The notes: generated from the sequence alone by a model not told the origin. A stretch of 63,010 nt of DNA, filler included, from Octopus bimaculoides (GCF_001194135.2; 7 parts of 6 records of this genome joined end to end with filler, not necessarily neighbours in it), one strand, 5' to 3'. Positions 23,451-38,939 are shown, numbered from the whole stretch's first letter. A program made the numbers and translations.

Positions 23451-23769
23451 GTAAACAGTAGAAGCATGCTTATGCTTACACAGTCTATATACTTGTATTT
23501 GTACAATCCAGTGATCGCTGACATGATGCACATGGCCGTGCACATGAGCACGCACATCCATGCATGCACGTATATACATCTACACACGTATACATACATG
23601 GATGCACATAGGCGCATAAATAATATACGTGTACCTATGTGCACTTTATTCTCACATTTTAGTGAATGGAAATTATGACGATTGATATGTGTGCATATGC
23701 ATACATATGCATGTATATGCACATTCTGATGTTATCTGCGGTGTTAGTGCAGGAGAACTGCATTAATCG

Positions 23770-23990
23770 TTTATCTTTTACTTGTTGCACCCATTGGACA
23801 GCGGCCATGCTGGGACACTCTCTTGAACGGTTTTCGTCGAACGAATCGAACCAGTACTTCTTGTCTGAAGCCTGGTATCTATTCTGTCGATCTCTTTCGC
23901 CGAACAGCTAGGTTACGCGGACGTAAACACACCAACACCAGTCATAAAGCGGTGATGCAGGACAAACACATGCACACAGAAACACACACA
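23770..23990 (-). mobile_element. SINE family B, 3' half, degenerate
   Basis: Matches family B tail (GCGGCCATGCTGG ... CGTAAACACACC). Confidence 0.7.
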
Positions 23991-25533
23991 TACATACATA
24001 TGCTTGAGAAGCAAACTGCTTACTACGCAGCCATGTATATTATTTTTCTTGGAGTTATCCTCCTATGCAGGTCAGGTTTTAGAATCTGACAATGATGGTA
24101 AAAAGGATGTTCTTAACTACACGTAGAATATCGCAGCATTTTGTCCAGGTGTGTGGGCGTGAATAACGAAGAATATGAAGACGACGAGCGATGTTGCAAG
24201 TTAAAAGTGAGAGTTTTACTGGCAAAGGGATCGGCGTGCGAAGGAAAATGTCACATTTTAAATATCTGGGTTGTCTGCTGCAAAGAGGTGTATGTGTGTG
24301 TGCGTGTGGGGGGCGGATTGTGTGTGCATGTGTGCGAGTGTGCATGTGCTTCTATATGCATGTATGCATGAGTGTGTGTGTGTGTGCATGTCTGCACGTG
24401 TGAATGCATATCTACGAGTACGTATATATATATATATATAAATATGTATGCATATTTTGCATGTATATATATATACACAGACAGACAGACAGAAAGGTAG
24501 AAAGAAAAACAAAGAGAAAGAAGACAAAAAAGAAGGCAATCGGACGGACGGACGGACGGACGGACGGACGGAGTGACAGACAGATGGACGGGCGGACGAA
24601 TGAAAGGGCGAGCACGTAGCCAGACAGACAGGCAAGTAGGTAGGTATGTAGAGATAGATAAATAGATAGATAGATAGATAGATAGACATGCGTTGGCACG
24701 CATTCCTAAATACGTACAGACATGCATACATAAGTACACAGACAAAATATATATATATATATANNNNNNNNNNNNNNNNNNNNNNNNNNNNNNNNNNNNN
24801 NNNNNNNNNNNNNNNNNNNNNNNNNNNNNNNNNNNNNNNNNNNNNNNNNNNNNNNNNNNNNNNNNNNNNNNNNNNNNNNNNNNNNNNNNNNNNNNNNNNN
24901 NNNNNNNNNNNNNNNNNNNNNNNNNNNNNNNNNNNNNNNNNNNNNNNNNNNNNNNNNNNNNNNNNNNNNNNNNNNNGTTGGCTGTTATACGAACTGCTTA
25001 ATGGTGGACGTAGTGGCTGCAGTGGCGGCGGCTGCAGTAGCGGCGGTGGCTGTGGTGGTGGTGGTGGTGGTGGTGGTGGTAGCAGCTTTGGGTAGTGATG
25101 TCGGGGTTGTGAAGTTGGTTTTGGTGTGTTGTCTGCAGTTGTTCAGTGCCAGGTCATCCCTGAACGAGCTGACCTAATATAATAACCAGAGGTGTTTCAA
25201 CCGTGACAATACCATCTTAATTTTTTAAAATTGCTTTTAGGACTACATGACTGGGTGTGTCGGGTTTTTAAAGAATATTTTTTTTTTAAACAGTAAAATA
25301 TGATTAAAAAGGAGTGATTTAGCTGCTATTTCTAGCATGTCAAACGATCGCATTGAGAAGCCTTTGTGGGCGGTCGATTGTCGATAGATGATGTAATGGT
25401 GGTGGTGGTGGTGATGGTCGTCGTGGTAGTGGTGGCGTTTGAGGGAAAGAGCCGTACGGTGACAGTCAGACAGACAGTGATAAAGTGTGAGTAAAGAGTG
25501 CAATGTGGAATGGGGTTAATTTAAGGGGAAAAG

Positions 25534-25628
<95 letters not shown>

Positions 25629-28011
25629 CATGCATACATACATTCATACATTTATATTTCGAGGTAGACAGACAAACCATATGTGAAATATACATTAAAG
25701 ACTTATGTGTGTGTATACGCATCTATGTATACATGTAGCTAAATAAAACATAACACACAATTTGGGAGATAGTCTGATAGACAGACAGACAGATAGATCG
25801 ATAGGTAAACAGATATTTAGACACGCGGGCAGACAAAATCAATCAATAAACAGCGAAGTAAATATAGACAGAGTGAAAGAGAGAGAGAGACACAAGAAGA
25901 ATGAGTGAGTGAGTGAGTGAATAAAGTGAGTGAGTGAGAGCGAGAGACACCAACATAAGGCATGCTTCAAGTCGCGTGAGGCGTGACGTCACTAACAGCC
26001 GTGTCAGGCACGTGAGCTAAAGCATGACTGTGGCATCACCAAACAGCCTGATCATGGAGCGGCGGCGGTGAACCAGCAGGCAAATTATAGTGACGGCGAC
26101 GGCGGCGTTGTTTGTTGTTGTTGTGCGGCGATGGCGGCGGTGGTGGTGGCGATGATAGTAGTAGTAGTAGTAATAATGATATTAATTGTGATGATGGTGG
26201 TGGTGGTGGTGATAATGTTGATAGTATTATTGGTGGTGGTGGTGGTGGTGGTGTTGTTGTTGGTGGTGATAGGCGGCTCTTGCTGTGTAGCCCAGGGTCA
26301 AGACTGATCGAGATATGCTAGTTGAGTTTGTTGTTGTTTATTTAACCCTCCTCTTCCACACACGTAAGCCCTGTTTGAGCTGATTTATGGATCAAAAGCA
26401 TTCCAGCCATGACAATGTCGTCTTGCATCTCATGCAAAGTCTACCTCGACGGACTACAAACACATAGTGAATCGTATATCTAAAGACACCAGGTTGTGAT
26501 TTGGCTGCTATTTCTAGCAAATCGTGCGACCACATAAAGGCTGCACCGTTCTGAAAAAGTGACCATAATTCTTGCTCTTAACCCCCAGGTTAACCCTGAT
26601 CGAACGTATCTTTGATTAAAAAAAGCGTTCCAACTATGACTAACCCGTCTTTTGCCCATATGCAAGGAAACAAAAACCACGTTGCTCGTTTCTTTTTTAG
26701 GATAGCAGCATATGATTCCAGTTCGAGGGAGACTGTGCTGCTATTTCTTACGGTTCAAACAACTACTTAGTGGCTACCTTCGGTTTTTTGTTGATGGTGG
26801 TCATTGATGAAAAGGGCGGCAGAATTGGTAGTACTGTAGTGTTGCTGCTGCGGTTGTTGTTGTTGTTGTTGCTGGTGGTGGTGGTGGTGGTGGTGGTGTA
26901 GTGTCAGTGGTTTTAATGGTATGAAATATAGTTAGTGGTGGTATTTGTTGTGGCTATGATGTAGCTTTTAGATGTGACGTATCTGTTAGCGTGGTGGGAC
27001 CAGCTGTAGTCGTAGCAGTGACACCGTTTGCGTTGTATTGCTGTTGATGGTGATGATGACGATGATAATAATAATAATGACTATGATGATAATGGTGGTG
27101 GTACACAATGTAGGTGAAGGTAAAATGGTGATGATAGTGGTAGCATAAAGGAAAAATCGAGAGATGTGAGCGGAAGGTGGGTGGGTACACAAACGATGTA
27201 ACTGCCATGTGTCTGTTATAATTTACTCCCCACCCTCCGCTGTTCATTCTACTCTTAATACATTCCTGTCTGTAATTGTGTGTGTGTGTGTATGTATATA
27301 TATATATACACGTGTGTGTACGGATGTGTGTGTGCATACATAAACACACACGCATCCACATACACACATACATATATATGTGTGTGCTTGTGTGTGTGTG
27401 TGGGTGTGAAATATGTGTTTATAATTCTATGTCGGAGTGTATGCATAAACCTGTATGTATAAGTGTATATGTAAATGTGCGCACGTGTATGTGTATGCAT
27501 ATATACATATAGGTAGACAGATATAGATATAGACACACACACACGTAAATATATATATATATATATCTATATGTATGATGCGCGTACATGTGTCCATGCA
27601 TGTACGTGTTTATGTATACTTATTTGAAAGATGGGTTCCGTTTATTCTCTGACTTACTTTTGAATCTCTCCTCCCACTCTTTCTCTCTAATATGAAAATA
27701 TATTTCCTTCCTTTTCTCTCTCTCTCACTCTCTCTCTCTCTCTCTCTCTCTCTCAGTATTATCTCTCACGCTATCATCTTTCTCATCCTCCTCTTGTATT
27801 AACTCTTCCTCTCACTCCTCTACCGCCACTACCTTATTCTTTACTTCTCTCTATCACTTACTCGCTCTTAACTTTCTGCCATTTCTTCTTGTCCAGTCTT
27901 ATCTTCCTCGTCGTAGTCCCCTGTTGTTTCGCAATCTCACGTCTTCCCAGATCTAACGTTAATTATATAGGCTGGAAAAGATGGGGGGATTCTCCCTCAC
28001 ATTTCTCCCTC

Positions 28012-28047
<36 letters not shown>

Positions 28048-28090
28048 GTATCTATATATATATTTATATATCTGTGTGTATGCATATGTA

Positions 28091-28138
<48 letters not shown>

Positions 28139-28311
28139 TATATGTGTATATATATATATATATATCTTTCCACAACTCTCTCTCTCTCTCTCTCTCTCGT
28201 TTTCCTCTGAGACTCACTTAACTGTCTGTCTCTTTCTTTTTCTCTCTTTTACTCTGAGTACCTCTCACAAATTCTCTCCTTCTGCCCTCCTCTCACATAC
28301 TAACGCTATTT

Positions 28312-28351
<40 letters not shown>

Positions 28352-28812
28352 GTTCCTGTTTTACCTCTCTCTCTCTCTTTATCTCTCCAGCTTTCTTCCC
28401 CAATTCAGTCTCCTCGCTTTCCTCTCTCTTCTTCTGTCAAGCTCTTTCCATGCCGTTACATTTTTTGTTTTCGTCAGTCATGTCTTTTTGACTTATAAAA
28501 TAAAAAAGGTGGTTGGGGGAATATCATGCACGTGTGCGCATGGGTGTTTTTATCGCTATGCATGTGTGTACGTATGGCTTTATCTTAAGCTGGCACTGTT
28601 ATCTCACATATACACACACAAACTTTGTGTGTGTGTGTGTGTGTGTGTGTTTTTGTGTGTGTGAATGCAACGGTGAATTGATAGATAGATAGATATATTG
28701 ATAGATAGATAGATAGATAGAGGTTTGGCAGTACAAACAGGAATATAGAACTCTATACGTGGGTATAAGTGCCAATACACAAAACTCGGTCCTTGGTAAC
28801 AATATATATATA

Positions 28813-29045
28813 CGCGAGGGAGTGCCGAAAAGTTCCTGGCTTTAAGGGTATCACGAAAGTCCTGGCTGGAGGCCCAACCTTCCGAGGTCTTTTACAGGGC
28901 TTACCAAAACTGAAGGACCGCTGCAATAAGTTTGTGAATCTGTGGGGGTGGGTGGGGGTGGAATATGTTGAATAAGATCATAATTAACTGATTCTCCAGT
29001 ATTTTCTTTAATTTAAAGCCAGGAACTTTTTAGCCCCACCCCTCG
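28813..29045 (+). mobile_element. mariner deletion derivative retaining transposase C-terminus
   Basis: TIRs CGAGGG..GAAAAGTTCCTGGCTTTA / TAAAGCCAGGAACTTTT..CCCTCG|TA; residual peptide GLPKLKDRCNKFVNLWG..EYVE* resembles mariner C-termini. Confidence 0.85.
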
Positions 29046-29158
29046 TATTTCTATACATTTATATATACATTCATGTATACCATATGTGTATATATGCATG
29101 TATAAGCTAAGTGCCAATAAACGAAACTCCGATTAATATATATAATTTCTACTGTATA

Positions 29159-29245
<87 letters not shown>

Positions 29246-29502
29246 GTACACGCACGCAATACACACACACATATATATACAGGATATATGAAACACTGAT
29301 GATATTTCATGTGCATGTATGTATGTAGAAGGATAGCTATATTCTTTGACAAGTACTTTCACACGAACCTCGAAGTACTTGAGTAACCTATATAGCTTCA
29401 CAGCTAATACTTAGTACATGGTTTATGAACTAGGTTCTAATTACCCGTTCTAAAAGTAAATCTACACATGAATGTATATCGTTAGTAGAAGGATAGACAG
29501 AC

Positions 29503-29570
<68 letters not shown>

Positions 29571-29655
29571 GGTGCAATCAAGACAAAGTTGGAAGCGCAT
29601 TGTGACTAGCAGTATATAACATCTGATGACCTGGTTGATACTGGAATACTGTGAT

Positions 29656-29689
<34 letters not shown>

Positions 29690-29806
29690 ATTGGTAGAAG
29701 TTACAAAGTGACTTTTTTAACTTCGGCCGATTAAAAATAATACACATGCAAAGACTCAGGTATTGAGTTTTATATGACCTGATTGCACAACCAAACCTAT
29801 GCCTGT

Positions 29807-29893
<87 letters not shown>

Positions 29894-30264
29894 CTTACCT
29901 ATCTACCTACCTATCTGCATATACATGCACACACACACATACACACATACATACATACATACATACATACATACATACATACATACAAGCGCACATACTT
30001 TGACAAGCGCTTTTACAGGAAACTCTAGGCACTTGAGTCCCTTCTGCAGCTTCACAGCTAATAAATAATGTGTGCGCGCGTGTGTGTATGTATGTGTGTG
30101 TGTGCTGATTTGAATTAGACGAACATGTACATCACTCATTTGGAAAGACAGAGAGATACATACGTCCAAACATACATACATACATATATGTGTCTATACA
30201 AACATATATAAACATATATATACACACACATAAATATATCTATCTATCTGTCTATCTATTTATC

Positions 30265-30295
<31 letters not shown>

Positions 30296-31873
30296 ATGTA
30301 TATCTACAGGCATTTGTAAATATATATGTATATATGTGTATATACAAATATACACACATGCACGCGCGCACGCACGCACACACATACATACGGTCGCGCG
30401 CGCGCGTATTGATGCTCCGTTTTGATTGACCTAAACTTACAAAAACAAATAAAATTAAATAAGTCGGTAGAAGCTTGATTGTATTTTAATGGACCCCCTC
30501 AGCATCACCCCTTACCTAACCATCCATCCATCCATCATGCAAACCAGCAGCCCATGGTTGTCTGAATCTCTACCCATTGATTGACCTTCGTTCGTCGCAC
30601 ACATACACGTACATATACACGTGGATTCGACGCGCACACACTTTATATTATTATAAATATATTATCTATATATACACACACACACACACACATACACACG
30701 CAAACAATCCCCCCCCCCTCCGTCAGACACTACCTCCCAGCTTCCTCCCGGTCTTTTCTCTGGCTTCGACTACCAGACAGGCAGTCAGTCAGTCAGGCTG
30801 ACAGGCAGGCAGGCGATCAGACACAGTTTTTCCAAGAGGAGCGTGAGAGGGGGAAAATACAGACATAGAAAATAAACACAGAGTGATAGAGAGAGGGGGT
30901 TATAATAGAGGTAGTGATAGAGAAGCGTACAGAGGGAGTGATAGTGAGAGATAAACAATGTGTCAGGGTGACAAAACATCGAGTTACATCTCACACATTT
31001 AAACTAAACAGCAGACCACAACAACGCGGTCACTTTTTCTGACTACTCCGGTTCCACCTGATTATTAAGTAACTTATTAATTAATATAATATAATTTTGG
31101 TCAGTGATTATTATAATTAATAATTATTGAAAAGAATTTTATTATTATTATCATTATCATCATCATTATTATTATTATTAATAATAATATTGTCATTATT
31201 AATATCATTTCTGTCGTCGTTGTAGACTCTCAGAAGCGTATGACAAACAGAACAATTACAACCGCAACAACAACATAGACCAGACAAGACAAAACTATTT
31301 AGTGTGTCTGGATGTCGCTGTTTATTTGCAGACCATGTCATCGCTGCTTCTCATCGTAATATCAACAGTAACAACGATTACTTCCACAACTACGAGTAAT
31401 ACGACTACTACTACTACGACAGGTACACTGACACCACCTTTATCATCACAACAACCACCCGGATAAGGTGGCTAAACATCTTCAAATCACATCAGCACTA
31501 ATACCACCAAACACCACTGATCACTTCAGTGGTTTACTTAATCGGGACCTTTTTGACCGGTGAAACACATCGTAACCCCCTCTCTACTTGTCAATTTTCA
31601 AGTGAAATACATAAATAATATCGCTCACACTCCTAAAATCCCTTAACGGAAATAACGTAAACATTTATATATTTATATATACACACACACTCAGACACAT
31701 ATATTTATATATTTATACATTTACCTACGATAATTGTTTGTATCCATCTGTGTGTTACACGTATACCTAAAACAAATTGTGTAAAAATACATTTTAAGTG
31801 AATAACATTTAAACCAACTCGTGTTTATTTTTTAAAAAACACGTACTTTTTCTAAACTTTTTCTAAAAAAAAA

Positions 31874-31956
31874 ATGATCATGGACAGTTCGGAATATTTA
31901 ATCGAAGACATGGCTAGACAAGGATCGAACGGAGTCAAATTGGAACTTAACGACAG
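31874..31956 (+). CDS. candidate first coding exon of an unidentified gene (MIMDSSEYLIEDMARQGSNGVKLELND..., phase-2 donor)
   Basis: AAAATG context, 83 open nt, CAG|GTTAGT donor followed by a T-rich tract, non-repetitive surroundings; protein not recognised. Confidence 0.4.
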
Positions 31957-33773
31957 GTTAGTTAATACTTTTTTTTCTTTTGTTGTTTATTTCGTTATTT
32001 GTGATGTTGCCTTATAATTGTTGATTTTAAGTTCTGTTTGGCCAGGCACCCCAATAACACAGGGTAACAGGTTGAGCTTTTAAAAAGTACTCGTAGGTCA
32101 CAGGTTCACCGGTCTCTTAATTGTATGTCCAGGGTGTTGTCATTTTGATCCAGTCTCTACTTTCGACTATTCTGTTCGTTTCACTNNNNNNNNNNNNNNN
32201 NNNNAAAACCCCTTCCAATTCTGTCAAAGCAGAACTGACTGAGAGGGCCACTCATCATAGCAAAGACCACATCTTAAAAGACTGATCTTTATCTTTAGGG
32301 CCAGCTAATACTTCAGCACCCCACTCATCAACTGCTAACCTCTATAAAACTCAGGTGAGAACCACTTAATGAGGTACTGCTGATATACACGCAGACCACA
32401 TACAGAGAAAGGCCGCTCGCTCTATTGATAGGAAAATCACACTGGAACGTCTGACCCACAGATGTACTATTCTCCCACACACACTCTCCCCTCCCTTCCC
32501 TTCTCTCTTTCTCTCTTTCTCTCTGCCTTTTTACCACTTCAACTAATTTTTTCTTCCTTTCACCGCCCAGATTATGCCCAACCTCCAGGGCCCTCGCCAA
32601 CCATTATACCCGGTCCTTCCTTCCTTCCGAGCACGTCGGCCCTCAATAACCCCCTTCTTTACACATGTCATTCCTGCTGCCATCGACTTGCAACAGTTTT
32701 AAGCTGAACGTTAGCAACATCGATGTCACCTGTTTCAGAGGACCTGCGAAGGACCATGGGCTCAACTTTGATTATGAAGAGCCCTCAGATACAAAGGAAG
32801 CTATGCATAGATGCTCAAAAAGCAACCAAATCTCCCCTATATCACATCCTGTTGTCTTTGAAAAAAAAATTAAGGGCGCATGGGGTAATGTAGTTCTAGA
32901 TAACTCAAAGAATATGTGATTTTCACGACTAAACTTTGATCATAAATCTGCTCCTCAAGATTGCACTAGAGCTAAACACCAACAGTAACTTGTCTAGCTT
33001 TGGGATTAACCCAAAAGTCCGTTATCAAGCGCCCGTGGTACATGTCCCTATGTATCGCCAGTTTAAACTAAATCGCATTCAAATTAGCGTACTTTGAATA
33101 CTCCAAATATTCTACCCTTAAAAGTCTTACTGTCCTTGGGTTAGTACTCACTGAGTACTCATTTTAAATTATGGTCAACAGGACATATTATCCGGGTCAA
33201 GTGACGACTGTAAAGATTTGTAAATTGTTGTTATTGCAGCTATACTGTCGCTACTTGGAGTTGCGCATTCACGAATCTCAGTCGTTTGAGAGACGGGTAC
33301 GTTAAACTTCGAGTAACGGCCTCATACAGACTTAACTTTGACAAATACCGCATACATATACGCAAACACATGCACACACACACACACACACACATATATA
33401 CATATAGATATATATATATGAGAGAGAGAGACAGAGAAAGAGATGTGTGTGTGCGCGAGTATGTAACTTATGTGTCAATGTGCAGTATTCATATGTGCAC
33501 GTGTTTGTGTTTATGTTTCAATATATATCTTTGCGAAACGTTTGTATAGAAAACAAAAGTCAGTGTTAAAGAGACACTGCTACATGAGAAAATAAAACTA
33601 CATATATATATATATATATATATAAATAAAACACATGACTATATAGTTTGAAATATTTACAATAGAAACGTCTGTTAATGAGATTATAAACAGAAATATG
33701 AATATGCACATTAATATACTTATTTAATCCTATCTCACTCCCCCTCTCTTTATCTATCTATCTATCTATATCC

Positions 33774-33836
<63 letters not shown>

Positions 33837-33893
33837 TGTGTGTGAGCTACAAATTTATAATGATGTAATTTTGTGTATGTGCAAATGTATATA

Positions 33894-33942
<49 letters not shown>

Positions 33943-34836
33943 GTATATATACATACATGTATGACAGTGCAGTTAAGTTTCATTCTGATTCTATCTCCCG
34001 CCACTCACACATATATGTATGTATACATTTGTGGGTAAGTGTGTTTCTTTTTTCTCTTTATGACATAATGTACGCTATTCCTGCAAAAAGAAAAGGTATT
34101 ATTTGTCTATTATCATCCGTTAAGATATATCCGGTCATTGAACTGTTCGTGTTCGAAGCGATTAGATAAAATATTAGCTTCCTGCAAAACAGATGAATGT
34201 TGGTGACGGGCGGAGCATCCCGACAGTAGATAATCTATCTCAACCAGTTTAGGTTTGTCTGACCTTTCAAGCATGGAAACGTGGAGTGTTAGAACAGAGA
34301 GGATGAATATAATGATGATGATGGATTTATGTGTGAGTGGTAGGGCGGGTGCAGTGTGATAAATAAGTCCGTTTTGAAATAAGGTTCTAGTTCCGCTCTA
34401 TTCTACTATGGCTCCGAACTGGCCGTTGTGAGTGAATTTGTTTAGTGGAAACTGTGTGCTAGCCGTTCATATAAGTGTGTGTGTGTATGCATGCATGCAT
34501 GTCTGTATGCGCGCGCGCGCGGCGCGTGTGTTTCTTTGTGAACGTGGCTACATCTCTTCCACTATCCATTCCTTATGTCAACGCTTTTAGACAAACGGTC
34601 TTGGTTCGCTGACGCACCTGCCACACAGCGGTACAGCAAAAAGGGAAATCGATGGAATAAGTACGAGACTTAAAATAAGCACTGGTGTCTATTTAAGCAA
34701 CTAAACCCTTTAAAGTTGTGCCCCAGCATGGCCACAGTCCAAATAGGCTTTGTTTGCGCGCGCGTGCGTGTTTGTGTATGCATATGTATGTATATGTGTG
34801 TGTTTATATATATCGGTTTGTATCTCTCTCTTTATG

Positions 34837-34870
<34 letters not shown>

Positions 34871-35280
34871 NNNNNNNNNNNNNNNNNNNNNNNNNNNNNN
34901 NNNNNNNNNNNNNNNNNNNNNNNNNNNNNNNNNNNNNNNNNNNNNNNNNNNNNNNNNNNNNNNNNNNNNNNNNNNNNNNNNNNNNNNNNNNNNNNNNNNN
35001 NNNNNNNNNNNNNNNNNNNNNNNNNNNNNNNNNNNNNNNNNNNNNNNNNNNNNNNNNNNNNNNNNNNNNNNNNNNNNNNNNNNNNNNNNNNNNNNNNNNN
35101 NNNNNNNNNNNNNNNNNNNNNNNNNNNNNNNNNNNNNNNNNNNNNNNNNNNNNNNNNNNNNNNNNNNNNNNNNNNNNNNNNNNNNNNNNNNNNNNNNNNN
35201 NNNNNNNNNNNNNNNNNNNNNNNNNNNNNNNNNNNNNNNNNNNNNNNNNNNNNNNNNNNCATCGGACAATTTTGTTAGAA

Positions 35281-35318
<38 letters not shown>

Positions 35319-36321
35319 AGCTAACTGTACTCTGGGAGAGGAGACGACAGTACAGGCACAAGCGGGAGTGCGGGTGGTATACCAGGAGTTGACGAAAGAC
35401 TGTTGCCACAAGAGTGGTGGACAGTTGTGGTTTCGTGAGTCAGTAAATCCTCTGGAACCCTGCACATTAAAGGAGTGATAAGAAAAGACTTCCAAATCGA
35501 GATGGAAGCTACAGAGAAAGCAGGTGGATAGCTGTAGCTACTGAGAGGTCACCAATAGAATCAGTGGAATGCAGCTAGGATATAAGCCGAGACCAGATCA
35601 ATCTCGTTCGGGCACCTTGAATGAGAAACAGCCTATGTTCACAGTACTTGTACATATTAACAATGCAATTTATATAATGCGAAAAACGTAAAAGGGTCAC
35701 CATGTGTGTGTGTGTGTGTATACCGGCATACATACACTCATACACAGAAAATGAGGAAGAGTCAAAGAGAGATGGGGGAGGACTAGTATATAAATACGTC
35801 CGTATGAATTGGAATACTTTTTCCTGTAGCTTTTTTATGCGATTTTTCCCTGTTAGTTATTACCCTTGTATTCGATGTGCGTGTGCGTTTTACTATATAT
35901 ATATACAGTAAAATAGAGTGGACCAATTAAATTAGACCAAGGCAAATCAACAGCGAAGCATCTCCGCGTGTTTTGGCCACAGTTTATTCCGAATATTCCA
36001 GGTAATTTAACTATCCATATCAGTGATCAATGTGAACGGTGGTTCACTGATATCAGATATCACGAAGTATCGCTAAGCATTTCGCTCGGCGTGCTAACGT
36101 TTCTGCCAGCTCATCGCCTTATATATTATTTAATAATGTTTCGGCAATGACCTGATGTTAAAATGACGATGAAACGATTGTAGTATGATGCAATAAAACG
36201 TGTTGCTCAATGCATTCTGTCTTGTTTGTATTATGTATTATGTGTATGTGTGTGTGTATTTACGTATGTATATATATTCCATAATACCATGACAAAATAT
36301 TATACGCATTAAACACATTGA

Positions 36322-36480
36322 ACACAATGTGTGTGTTAAGAAGTTTGTTTCTCGGCCACATGGTTCTGGGTTCAGTTCCACTGCGTGGTACCTTGGACAA
36401 TTGTCTTAAACTATAGCTTCGGGCTAACCAAAGACTTGTGAGGAGATTTGATAGATAGAAACTGAAAGAAACTCGTCGCG
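36322..36480 (+). mobile_element. SINE family B, 5' half
   Basis: CACATGGTTCTGGGTTCAGTTCCACTGCGTGGTACCTTGG...CTGAAAGAAACTCGTCG followed by (TA)n. Confidence 0.8.
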
Positions 36481-37158
36481 TATATATATATATATATNNN
36501 NNNNNNNNNNNNNNNNNNNNNNNNNNNNNNNNNNNNNNNNNNNNNNNNNNNNNNNNNNNNNNNNNNNNNNNNNNNNNNNNNNNNNNNNNNNNNNNNNNNN
36601 NNNNNNNNNNNNNNNNNNNNNNNNNNNNNNNNNNNNNNNNNNNNNNNNNNNNNNNNNNNNNNNNNNNNNNNNNNNNNNNNNNNNNNNNNNNNNNNNNNNN
36701 NNNNNNNNNNNNNNNNNNNNNNNNNNNNNNNNNNNNNNNNNNNNNNNNNNNNNNNNNNNNNNNNNNNNNNNNNNNNNNNNNNNNNNNNNNNNNNNNNNNN
36801 NNNNNNNNNNNNNNNNNNNNNNNNNNNNNNNNNNNNNNNNNNNNNNNNNNNNNNNNNNNNNNNNNNNNNNNNNNNNNNNNNNNNNNNNNNNNNNNNNNNN
36901 NNNNNNNNNNNNNNNNNNNNNNNNNNNNNNNNNNNNNNNNNNNNNNNNNNNNNNNNNNNNNNNNNNNNNNNNNNNNNNNNNNNNNNNNNNNNNNNNNNNN
37001 NNNNNNNNNNNNNNNNNNNNNNNNNNNNNNNNNNNNNNNNNNNNNNNNNNNNNNNNNNNNNNNNNNNNNNNNNNNNNNNNNNNNNNNNNNNNNNNNNNNN
37101 NNNNNNNNNNNNNNNNNNNNNNNNNNNNNNNNNNNNNNNNNNNNNNNNNNNNNNNNTC

Positions 37159-37396
37159 TCATACTTGTTTCAATCATTGGACTGCAGCCATACTGGAGTA
37201 CCGATTTCAAGAGTTTAGTCAACAAACCACTCCACACACACACACCACCACTACCACCTAAAAATTTTTTTAAAGCCTGGTACTGATTCTATCGCAGTAT
37301 TTTTGCTGAACCACTAAGCTACGAAGACGTAAACGAACCAACACAGGTTGCCACGCGGTGGGGGCACATTCACAAATACACACACATACACGCACA

Positions 37397-37437
<41 letters not shown>

Positions 37438-37625
37438 CCCTTCGTGCATATGTGTGTGTGTATTCACGAAGGGCTTCTATACAGTTTATGTCTACTAAAT
37501 TCACTCACTAAGTATTAATCTTCCCGGGACTATGATAGAATACTCTTGCTCAAGGTGCCGCACAGAAGGACTGAACTCAAAACAATGTGGTTGCAAAGCA
37601 AGCTTTACAATCAAACAGCCATGCG
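37159..37625 (-). mobile_element. SINE family B, full, with internal (CA)n
   Basis: Head and tail halves separated by a microsatellite. Confidence 0.78.
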
Positions 37626-38789
37626 TTCCCCAGATAACTTCTTAAAGGCACAGCCAATTTAGCGGCTGTTACATCAGTTGTTAGGGAAAATATACATTTA
37701 TAATTTGTTTACTTCAACAGTTGAAGAAAACACATATTATCTACTTTCAATCCTAGATTCATAATTTTACATCATTAATCAATAAAAATAACAGTCGAGA
37801 ACTTTCTTTCTTTTTCTGGAGACGTTTGTCTCTTTCCGAGATGCTTACTAATACAAACAAAAAGAAAATAGTTACGTCTTTGACGGTATGCGGGAAATTG
37901 TTGGTTGATAAAGAGAATCGATGAAGGAACGAAAAATGAGAGAAAAAGAAAGTCTAGGAGAATAAAGAAAGAAAGCAGGCGAAGATAGGAAGCTAAAACA
38001 AAGGGTGTATTATAGACAAAGAATGTCCTGTTCTATAAGTTTGCCTTAGATTTCTAAATATGTGTGTGTGTGTGTGTGTGTGTGTGTATACTTGCTCAAG
38101 TTTCGCTCTGCGATTCTTCAACGGAACTATGTTGAAGTTTTTTCTACTTAACATCCATTCGTATGTCTGTATATACCTACACAAATACACAAACACACAC
38201 AAACACACACATACATATGCGGAAATAAGTCGTGGGTACGGTTAAGCCGCTTACAATAAAGGACTCGAAGTATTAGGACCGAGAATCAATGTTTTAATAA
38301 ATAAAAAATGAGTACGACAAAAGGCGTTATGTTTCGACCGAAGACACCAAAACAAATACCTTTTGCTGGACTCTTTTTTTTTTTTGTTTTCAACAGAACA
38401 CCTCCACACTCAAAAATACATCTTCACACTCGCACATATACATATACGAACACTTACATAAACATGCACGTGCACAATGTGTGTATGCGCGCTCGCGTAT
38501 AGTGTGTGTGTGTGTGTGTGTGTGTATAAGTTTGACAGAACAGGGTAAATGGATCTTTTTTAAAACGGGGGCCACATTTTTCATTAACGAAACACTTTGA
38601 AACTTGGAACACTGGTAGAATGTGTCATATAAAACATCTTTTTCTCTTAGTCTTCTTAAAANNNNNNNNNNNNNNNNNNNNNNNNNNNNNNNNNNNNNNN
38701 NNNNNTTAATTAATTAANNNNNNNNNNNNNNNNNNNNNNNNNNNNNNNNNNNNNNNNNNNNGAAACAGGTTGTTATTTTCCAGGTGTTT

Positions 38790-38861
<72 letters not shown>

Positions 38862-38866
<5 letters not shown>

Positions 38867-38930
38867 TCATTGCCTGGAATCGAACTCGAATCTTGGGGTT
38901 AGCAACCCACGCTTTTAACCACTACGTCAT
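38862..38930 (-). ncRNA. tRNA-derived Pol III head (SINE-like)
   Basis: ATGACGTAGTGGTTAA...GAGTTCGATTCCAGGC (A and B boxes); homolog at 40597-40665. Confidence 0.7.
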
Positions 38931-38939
38931 ATGCCCCAA

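Noticed and set aside
35330-35640. Degenerate RTE 3' ORF fragment
   Set aside because: Only faint similarity (GVIRKDF); too weak to annotate.
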